DNA of 51,632 nucleotides from an uncultured Gammaproteobacteria bacterium (GTDB lineage Bacteria; Patescibacteriota; Microgenomatia; Daviesbacterales; UBA10151): NCBI GenBank assembly GCA_964547465.1, contig CAZJNI010000008.1, positions 1 to 51,632 of the forward strand, read 5' to 3'. Shown piece by piece: positions 44,614 to 51,632 of this stretch (position 1 is its first letter; each line of letters starts with the position of its first letter). The notes under the pieces were generated by a model. It saw only the letters and a program-made list of their open reading frames with translations, ran no database searches and was not told where the DNA came from. The position numbers and the translations under genes were made by a program.

Positions 44614-46205
44614 AATTAATAGATGAAAAATGGTCATTTAAACTTTTAGCCATTTTTATTTTTAATATCCTTGCAATAGTGATTGCTGCCTTTGTTTTAT
44701 ATTCCAGAAATAACGAACATGGTAAAGCTCAAACAAGGGCTGTACAAAATGGTCAGGAATCGAATACTCCAATCAATAAAGGGGTATTTTCTTGCGCTCG
44801 GAAGACACCATGTTTAAATTGTAATCTTTTGCTAATTTCTGTTGATAGCTTGAGAGCAGATCATGTTGGGGTTTTAGGTTATAAAAGAGATACTACTCCT
44901 AATGTTGATAACCTTGCTAAAGAAGGGGTTTTGTTTACAAACTATTTTACAACAGCTTTTTTAACTCCAATTTCTGAAATGTCGCTTCATACAGGAATGT
45001 ATCCATCCTCAAGTAAGATGGATAGTTTTACTAATGTTATGCCAGAGAGTCATCTTACCCTTGCCCAAATTCTTAAAAATGACGGGTATAAAACATTTGC
45101 CGGTCATTCTTCTCCGGAATTTATGGCATTTAATGCAGTCAATGAGAGTTTTAACAGAGGCTATGATGTCTATGATGTAATCAACCCTAATAAACAGACA
45201 GTAAACGTTAGCATCAGACAAATTCCACCTATTGGTATGTTTGGTAACCTGCTTGATAAAAACTCAACAACAAATAATAAATTCTTTGGCTGGATCACTA
45301 TTGGCCAAGTTCATTGGCCGTATGGTCAAACAGTACCAAATATATTTGCAGATCCAAATTACAACGGGGTATTTAAGAATCAACTACTTGCATGGAATAT
45401 ATTTCAAAGTATTTATCAAGGAGTTTTGTATCCCGACAAAACTACAATCACAAATGCGGATGCCAGATACGTAGTTGACATGTACGATAACGGGGTGAGG
45501 AGCTTTGATAATTTTGTCGGAGAAGTAGCAGCAGAACTGGATAAGAGACACTTAAGGGATCACACTATCATTGTTATTGTTTCAGAGCATGGAGAAGATT
45601 TAGGGGAACATGGTTATTTTGGTCACTATGATGTGATGGATACCCAAGTTCATACCCCACTTATTATCATCTACCCAAATACACAACCTAAAACTATTTT
45701 ATCAGAAGTAAGTTCAGTTGATGTTTTGCCAACAATTTTAGAGATGCTTGGTATAAATAAACCTCCTCAAATTCAAGGAAGAAGTACGGTTCCTTTAATC
45801 TGTGGCGATGAAAAAGATAACAGAGATGTAGTATATATAGAGCGTGTTCCACTTTGGGAACAGAGTGTGATCGCAGGTCAGGTTAGTCTAAGGGGTGGTA
45901 TAGCATCTGGAGTGGGAGATAAAGATATTGCTATTAGAACACCAAGATGGAAATATATCAAAAGGTATTCTAAAGATGTGATGGAAAAAATCTCCTGGTG
46001 GGGATTGATATCAGGTCAGAAAATAAGTATTCCAGGTCAAGAGCTTTATGATATTGTAAACGACCCTCTAGAGCTACACAATGTTGCGGGTAAAAATCCC
46101 CGAATAACAGCTAATTTTAATGCTGAAGTATCTGCATGGTTACAATCTATAGAGAATATAACTTCTAAAGTTAAAGAGTATCCGAAGATCCAGGATTATT
46201 TCTAA
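44604..46205 (+). CDS. Sulfatase-fold protein
   Basis: NLLLISVDSLRADH, FLTPISEMSLHTG, SEHGEDLGEHG, DVLPTIL. Confidence 0.85.
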   Translation: MPMKLIDEKWSFKLLAIFIFNILAIVIAAFVLYSRNNEHGKAQTRAVQNGQESNTPINKGVFSCARKTPCLNCNLLLISVDSLRADHVGVLGYKRDTTPNVDNLAKEGVLFTNYFTTAFLTPISEMSLHTGMYPSSSKMDSFTNVMPESHLTLAQILKNDGYKTFAGHSSPEFMAFNAVNESFNRGYDVYDVINPNKQTVNVSIRQIPPIGMFGNLLDKNSTTNNKFFGWITIGQVHWPYGQTVPNIFADPNYNGVFKNQLLAWNIFQSIYQGVLYPDKTTITNADARYVVDMYDNGVRSFDNFVGEVAAELDKRHLRDHTIIVIVSEHGEDLGEHGYFGHYDVMDTQVHTPLIIIYPNTQPKTILSEVSSVDVLPTILEMLGINKPPQIQGRSTVPLICGDEKDNRDVVYIERVPLWEQSVIAGQVSLRGGIASGVGDKDIAIRTPRWKYIKRYSKDVMEKISWWGLISGQKISIPGQELYDIVNDPLELHNVAGKNPRITANFNAEVSAWLQSIENITSKVKEYPKIQDYF

Positions 46206-46215
46206 CCCAAAATTT

Positions 46216-47418
46216 CTACCTACAACCTATTTTAGGTCCAATTACATGAGTATCAGCTGAGCAGCCACAACCTTCTTGTTCCGGATCAGAGCAGTAATAT
46301 TTTGTTTCGCATGCTTCTCTGCCGCAAGCAGTGCTTTCATTACCTGCAATAGCTGCGAGACCCGCAAGATTCCTAAGCAATCCCGAAATGGAGACTGTGC
46401 AATTAGACTGGTCGTACCAGTTTTCTGATACCTGCACACCAGAAACGCAGTAGTTTGTATAAGTTGGATCAGCTGTAAGGGTTCCACTACTGCAATTATA
46501 GTCAAAACTGCCATCACCTCTATCGGTTGTAAAGTAGGTGGTTTGCCCTGGGTAGGCATTGGCATTTGAGTCATAACAGTCTGTACCGCTTGACGTAATT
46601 AAGCGGCAGGTGCTGGTACTGTTTTTTGCGTATGATGATCCTCCGGTAGTGCAGGCAGAATTACCCCAGGTAGAAATGGTCTGACACTCACCCGAACCTC
46701 CAGTTAGGGTATAAAGATCTCCATCAGCATCGGTATACCATGTTCTGCTTGGCGCTAAGGTAGCATCACTGTCGCTGCAATCAGATGTCCCCAAGGCTCC
46801 TCCTGAAGCCAACCAGGTATCAGAACCGGAGGTGGCTTTGTAGTAAGTCCTGCCTGAAACAGTGGTACTTGCCCCTACACAATTAGTGCCTGATGAACCT
46901 GTATAGTATCCGTCTTGATCAGCATCTGTGGCTGTTGAGCCTACATTCTGGTAGACATTGGCGCTGGTTGAATCACAGTCCGTTGATGAAACAGAATTCA
47001 TTAAATTTCTTCTTCTGCCATTGGCAGGCTGGCTGTTTTGGGCAATTTGAGTGGTTGAGGAAGCATATCCGTCAGCGTCAGCATCAGTCATCCAAATGGG
47101 GGATTTTACTATTTGTGCCCCTGCAGGACTTTTAACAATAACAATAGTTCCCGAAACTTTGGTCAGACTGCCAAAAGCTACAGTCTGTTGGGCAGAGATA
47201 GTCAGAGTGGCGCTGCTTGTTAAAGTGATTGAGGCAGTATTAGTTGAACCGGATCCCGAATCAACACCGTCAACAGTATTTGCAAAATTGCAGGAGGAAG
47301 AGAGGGTGTAATTTCCGCTTATGGGAACACTTGCGCAGGAAGCAGCCCATACTCTACCTGCGATCAACAGGTTTAATAACAGAAAAAGACCTGCGAATAT
47401 AATTAAACGTTTTATCAT
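46216..47418 (-). CDS. Secreted Cys/Asp-rich protein with MopE-like putative metal-binding repeats
   Basis: Signal peptide, DADADGY/DADQDGY, DCSDSD, DCYDSNANAYPG motifs. Confidence 0.7.
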   Translation of the reverse strand: MIKRLIIFAGLFLLLNLLIAGRVWAASCASVPISGNYTLSSSCNFANTVDGVDSGSGSTNTASITLTSSATLTISAQQTVAFGSLTKVSGTIVIVKSPAGAQIVKSPIWMTDADADGYASSTTQIAQNSQPANGRRRNLMNSVSSTDCDSTSANVYQNVGSTATDADQDGYYTGSSGTNCVGASTTVSGRTYYKATSGSDTWLASGGALGTSDCSDSDATLAPSRTWYTDADGDLYTLTGGSGECQTISTWGNSACTTGGSSYAKNSTSTCRLITSSGTDCYDSNANAYPGQTTYFTTDRGDGSFDYNCSSGTLTADPTYTNYCVSGVQVSENWYDQSNCTVSISGLLRNLAGLAAIAGNESTACGREACETKYYCSDPEQEGCGCSADTHVIGPKIGCR

Positions 47419-47421
47419 AAT

Positions 47422-47952
47422 TTATCTTACCGTAAACAATTGCTGGACTTTTTCACCTTTCAAATTGGTAGCCACCTGTGCATTTTCAATCTTAAAGGTA
47501 TAACTTCCTCCGCCTTTATAAAGTACTGCCCAGTATGATTTTCCAGTGACCAGCGCCTCACTTAAGATAAATATTTCCTGGTTATAGACACCTGCATCAA
47601 ATGAAGGGATTGCAGGTTCAATAACTTTACCGGGAACACCATTATTGTCTTCATGCAAAACCAGCCAGCCTGAGCTTGTTGCGGAAAGATAATCCGTATT
47701 TATCACCCTTTCCGGAGACTGGATTCTCAACCTTAGTCTGAACTCAATCGGTTTTTGGGATACTGGGAAGGGTGTTGGAGTGGGTATTGAGACAGAAGTT
47801 TCGGATTGGTTTGTTGGTTGAGAAACAATTTCCCTTTTTGGATTTATTTGCAGCATAGAAAGAGAGATTAAAAGGCCGGTTGCTATCAGGGTTAGTATGA
47901 GTAATTCTGTTGCCACTTTGTTTTGTTTAAGATTGTTTAAAATATTATTCAT
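47422..47952 (-). CDS. Single-TM protein with small Ig-like domain
   Basis: TM, PT linker, GWLVLHEDNNGVPGKVI...YWAVLY. Confidence 0.65.
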   Translation of the reverse strand: MNNILNNLKQNKVATELLILTLIATGLLISLSMLQINPKREIVSQPTNQSETSVSIPTPTPFPVSQKPIEFRLRLRIQSPERVINTDYLSATSSGWLVLHEDNNGVPGKVIEPAIPSFDAGVYNQEIFILSEALVTGKSYWAVLYKGGGSYTFKIENAQVATNLKGEKVQQLFTVR

Positions 47953-48842
47953 TGCTGGGATTGTCTGGCATTTTTAAGCGATAATTCAAATCCTATATCT
48001 GCTGTGCTGGTTTGGCCATTCATGTTTGTTGCCACAATTTTAAGGTCATAAACTTTTTCATGGCTGTCATTAGCTTTCCAGGTTGCGCTCCAGCTGCCGT
48101 TGGATGCATCGCCTGAAGTAAGACTTAAATTATAATTGTGTAATTCCTTGTCTGTTGTTAAAGCGGCAACTATTGAGATAATCGGGCTTGATGCATCCTG
48201 GGCTGTGACTGTTAAGGTTTGATCTTCTCCAAAAAGGGGATCAAAAGGGTTGATTGACATGCCTGTCATCTTGGGATTTGAAGGATTACTGATGGAGGCG
48301 GACAGTTCACCCTGGTAGCGGCGAATGGGGATTTCAGTTGGGGAAGGGGAGGGAAGGAGAAATGGGGAAGGAGTGGGAGTGGGGGCAGCAGGCAAGGTAG
48401 CCAAAGTTGCTTGTGTGGAGGAAGTAATTCCATAGTTATATTCGCCGCCAGGACCGCAAGCGATACAACCATTTAAGTCAGGATTTTCAAGCTTTGCATA
48501 CAACTGATAGGTTTTACCGTCACTTTTATAAGCATAAGTTTGCCAGGGTAGCGGATCCTGAGGAACCTTTACCATGTAAGGCTGCCAGGATTGTCCCCAT
48601 GGAGCATTGGTGATTTGATAATCAGTTGTAGATAAAGGATAGCTTCCTATTTCCAGAGAATAGTTACCTAAAGCTGTGGCAATCTGACTAAGGTCATCTT
48701 TTCTCACTGCATCCCTGGCTTTTTGAAGCTGCTTTTGAGGATTGATGATTAAAATAACTATAGCTGCTAAAATTGTTACAATTCCTGTCACCACCATTAA
48801 TTCAACCAATGTGAAGCCGGATTTTTTTAAGGCAGATTTCAT
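47949..48842 (-). CDS. Pilin/GspG-like protein with C-terminal Ig-like extension
   Basis: KSG|FTLVELMVV, KARDAVRKDDL, VPQDP, YQLYAKLEN, Pro linker, extra beta domain. Start moved from 48965. Confidence 0.85.
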   Translation of the reverse strand: MKSALKKSGFTLVELMVVTGIVTILAAIVILIINPQKQLQKARDAVRKDDLSQIATALGNYSLEIGSYPLSTTDYQITNAPWGQSWQPYMVKVPQDPLPWQTYAYKSDGKTYQLYAKLENPDLNGCIACGPGGEYNYGITSSTQATLATLPAAPTPTPSPFLLPSPSPTEIPIRRYQGELSASISNPSNPKMTGMSINPFDPLFGEDQTLTVTAQDASSPIISIVAALTTDKELHNYNLSLTSGDASNGSWSATWKANDSHEKVYDLKIVATNMNGQTSTADIGFELSLKNARQSQQ

Positions 48843-48894
48843 TAAATTTAGATTAGAACTTATATTCATGTTTGTCAACATTAATTTTACCCGC

Positions 48895-51632
48895 TTATTC
48901 TGTTTGTACGATCCACCAGTTAAAGTTAATATTATAACTTGCAGGAGTGAGGGTTGAGACATCAAAGCTTAGGCCGTCTTTAATATTAGCGACAGAAAGA
49001 GCCTTATCAGTCGGGGTGGTTGGGGTTAAAAAGACTTTGGCAGAGCTTGAGGCCTCGGTTGTTGAAACAGTGACTTTGGTTTTATTTGCAGGCAGGGTTG
49101 ATGAACCAATTGTGGCTGCCAGGGTAGCAGAGCCACTTGCCACTGATTCATCATCGGAGGTGTTTGCTATTGTTAATTTATTTGTTTTAACTTCCGAGGC
49201 TGTAATTGTACCTTGAGTAAGGATATTTCCGGAATTGTCGATAGTCACTTTGCCGTCAAAAATATTTATGTTTTCAGCCAAAGGACTCTTTTGCAAGAAC
49301 AGAGTGCCTATCACATTTAGCTCTGACCCATTTTCTATAGAGAGCGTCCCATCTACATTAAAGTTGCCTGCCACGTTAGTGGAACCTAACGTGGTTTGGC
49401 CAAAGACCTTAAAGTAATCTTGAATTTCTGCCTGATATGTCCTTAACATGCCGGAAACTGTGGCTTCAGATGTAACTGCTAAATTAGCAATCCGGGCAGA
49501 GCCTGTTGCCAGTAAAATATCCGGAGGAGTCAGATTAAGATCAGAGGTTGTAGGTTGTAGGTTGTAGGTGGTAGAGGATGTGGCTACTTTTGCTGCCAGG
49601 TCTGCCAATTGTTGGGTCAAACTGGCAGAGCTTGAGGCTACACCTGCCACAGATGACTCTAGACTCTTGACTCTTGACTCTTGTTCTGTCAAAGCAGCAG
49701 AATCTGTGGCCTGTTTGCTCTTTACATCCAAAACAGCAGTATCCAAATTTTTCAAGGAGGCAATGACATTAACAGCTACACTTCCACCTCCGAGGAGTGA
49801 CTGCGTCCCACCATCGGAGGTGTTTGCAAGCGGGGTCATTTCATAAGAAAGCAGAGAAGAAGGATTAGAAGCAGATAAGTCTATGTTATCAGAAATCAAG
49901 AGTTTGTCTGTTTTTATCTTGGGGGCAATTAAGTTGCCATCAGGATCTAAAGATAGTGAGGCTAAGAAATTATTAGGATCTGCATAGGAAACATTAACAA
50001 ATACTAATATCCTGCCTATTATAGAAGGGTCTGCCTGGTCATAACTTTCCAGAGCTTTACCAAGTACCTGTCCAGGTTTAGTGGCTTTCATAGCCGCTCC
50101 CGGGATAGAGGAGGAAGTCAGGTAATCTCCTACCTCAATTGGTCCATTTTCAGTTGAAACTTTAACTTGAGTTTTACCAGAAAGCAGTATATTGTTAGGG
50201 GATTGATTTGTGGCAATACCTAAAATCCGGCCGTTATCCGCTAAAACTACCTCATCCTCTTTAAGTTGGGCTGACCCTGATGCATAAAGGAGATCATCCC
50301 TGATGATTGATGAGAAAGGATCTAAGCTAGATAGTTCTCCACTTCCATTATATGCCTCATTTGTATCATTAGGCGTAAACCCAAAGCTGTCATTTTGGTC
50401 TTGATTGATATTTCCCCAGCTCAACTGATCAAACCTAGGAGCGGTTAACCTGTATGAAACTTCAGCCAAGCCATTACCATAAATAATTACCCTGCTGTTT
50501 GCAAGATCTTTTTTATACCAGACCTTAAAGCTGCTGTTGGAACTTAGGAGTACTGTCAGGTCTTTCATGCCCTGGCCCCAATCTGTTATCTTTTTAAACA
50601 ACCATAGATCAGATCCAGCTTCTGCATTCTTAAAATCAAGTGCGAAACTATAGATATTACTGGTCGTTATACTCTCATCTTTGATCAGTTTAACTACTCC
50701 TGTTGTTTCCTCCTTCACACCGGTCATGGATGCTACATATGTTGAATACCTGACTCCCTCAATCCAATACGGAGGGTCTAAGGTTTGGAAGGTTATTTTA
50801 TTGACCGTTAAATCACCAACAATTCCTACGTTTCCCCATATATCCAGTTTATTAGATGAAGTGGTAGCCCCAATTCCGACATTACCATCTACAAATAATC
50901 CATCAGTTGGAGCAGAGACTCCCTGCCTAACAGAACCTATATGAGCAGATCCTGATACAGAAAGTGTAGATTTTGCTGTAGTTGTTCCAATTCCCACATT
51001 ACCCCCGGCTGGATTTAAAGAGATGGTATAATTAGTCCCGGAGATATTTCCTGCCTGGATAACTCCATAATTATCCGTGGTATCTATGCCTAAGACCAGT
51101 TTCTTTTGTGTTCCTGTTCCGGAGGAACCGGTGATAGCAAACTGGGTCCCTGCTGTTCCCATCAGGGAAGCAATAGATGAGGTAATATCAATATCAGAAG
51201 CCAGTTGTAGGATCCTATCTGGGGTGGTAAATCCAATCCCTACATTACCACCATAGACTATTAATGCTCCTCCGGGATTAGTAGTACCTATGCCTACATT
51301 GCCATTATCTAATACAGACAGTCCAAGTCCTGTGGCATTTGTGCCATGGGCAAAAAGGGCCAGGTTTGTTCCATTACTTGCTCCCCTGACCTCAAATCTG
51401 GATGCAGGTGTGGATATTCCAACTCCCACATTTGCCCCGTTATCAAATAGCAATCCTGTGGTTAAGGCAGAAGAGGAAGACCAGATAGCAGCCATGTTGG
51501 TAACTCCTCCGGAAAGGGATGATCCACTACTATCTGCGGAACAAAATACATTACCACTTGCATCTGTGGTTAACTTCCCTCCGCTGCCATATGAGGTACA
51601 GTTTTGGCCGGATAACCTTAAATTAGAAGTGG
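48895..51632 (-). CDS. Large tail-fibre-like surface protein, 5'-truncated by the window edge
   Basis: Frame is open to 51632. GNVGIGTT repeats, VKVSTENGPIEVGDYLTSS...AMKA motif, coiled coil, C-terminal ...FNWWIV beta domain. Confidence 0.8.
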   Translation of the reverse strand, partial: TSNLRLSGQNCTSYGSGGKLTTDASGNVFCSADSSGSSLSGGVTNMAAIWSSSSALTTGLLFDNGANVGVGISTPASRFEVRGASNGTNLALFAHGTNATGLGLSVLDNGNVGIGTTNPGGALIVYGGNVGIGFTTPDRILQLASDIDITSSIASLMGTAGTQFAITGSSGTGTQKKLVLGIDTTDNYGVIQAGNISGTNYTISLNPAGGNVGIGTTTAKSTLSVSGSAHIGSVRQGVSAPTDGLFVDGNVGIGATTSSNKLDIWGNVGIVGDLTVNKITFQTLDPPYWIEGVRYSTYVASMTGVKEETTGVVKLIKDESITTSNIYSFALDFKNAEAGSDLWLFKKITDWGQGMKDLTVLLSSNSSFKVWYKKDLANSRVIIYGNGLAEVSYRLTAPRFDQLSWGNINQDQNDSFGFTPNDTNEAYNGSGELSSLDPFSSIIRDDLLYASGSAQLKEDEVVLADNGRILGIATNQSPNNILLSGKTQVKVSTENGPIEVGDYLTSSSIPGAAMKATKPGQVLGKALESYDQADPSIIGRILVFVNVSYADPNNFLASLSLDPDGNLIAPKIKTDKLLISDNIDLSASNPSSLLSYEMTPLANTSDGGTQSLLGGGSVAVNVIASLKNLDTAVLDVKSKQATDSAALTEQESRVKSLESSVAGVASSSASLTQQLADLAAKVATSSTTYNLQPTTSDLNLTPPDILLATGSARIANLAVTSEATVSGMLRTYQAEIQDYFKVFGQTTLGSTNVAGNFNVDGTLSIENGSELNVIGTLFLQKSPLAENINIFDGKVTIDNSGNILTQGTITASEVKTNKLTIANTSDDESVASGSATLAATIGSSTLPANKTKVTVSTTEASSSAKVFLTPTTPTDKALSVANIKDGLSFDVSTLTPASYNINFNWWIVQTE

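Noticed and set aside
48895..51632. Prophage
   Set aside because: No terminase, capsid, portal or integrase. The neighbours are pilin and envelope genes.

Overview
Chromosomal window from a small-genome bacterium. Gene content and repeat style suggest Patescibacteria/CPR, Microgenomates-like (inferred, not checked by search). From start to end it holds the 3' end of 23S rRNA, 5S rRNA, a type IV pilin, an S1-domain protein, a Cache-only membrane protein and radA. A ~15 kb surface-glycan modification island follows: GT-C and GT4 glycosyltransferases, a perosamine-synthase-like aminotransferase, a NodU/CmcH carbamoyltransferase with SxtJ- and DUF5989-like microproteins, and three SGNH proteins. 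Next come LytR_C and PIN/TRAM genes, a twin-arginine transglutaminase-elicitor-like protein, a 1.1 kb structured intergenic region, three Asn-ladder surface proteins (two with LPxTG-like tails), rho, a LysM-M23 peptidase and two abutting tRNA-Ala genes. The last part has an O-antigen-ligase/TPR protein, a membrane-tethered MerR-like HTH, a ~2250 aa beta-helical surface protein, an AbiE type IV TA pair, an LRR protein, two sulfatase-fold proteins and a pilin/tail-fibre-like adhesin cluster cut by the window edge. Palindromic REP/RPE-like elements and 7-/9-mer microrepeats are scattered throughout, often in-frame inside genes. The strongest novelty candidates are a possible Tyr-shuttle carbamoylation relay, a duplicated covarying ~190 nt structured element, an sORF/antisense sRNA pair and the Asn-ladder surface trio. 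No CRISPR array, reverse transcriptase, integrase or transposase was seen. All family calls come from motif recognition, not database searches.
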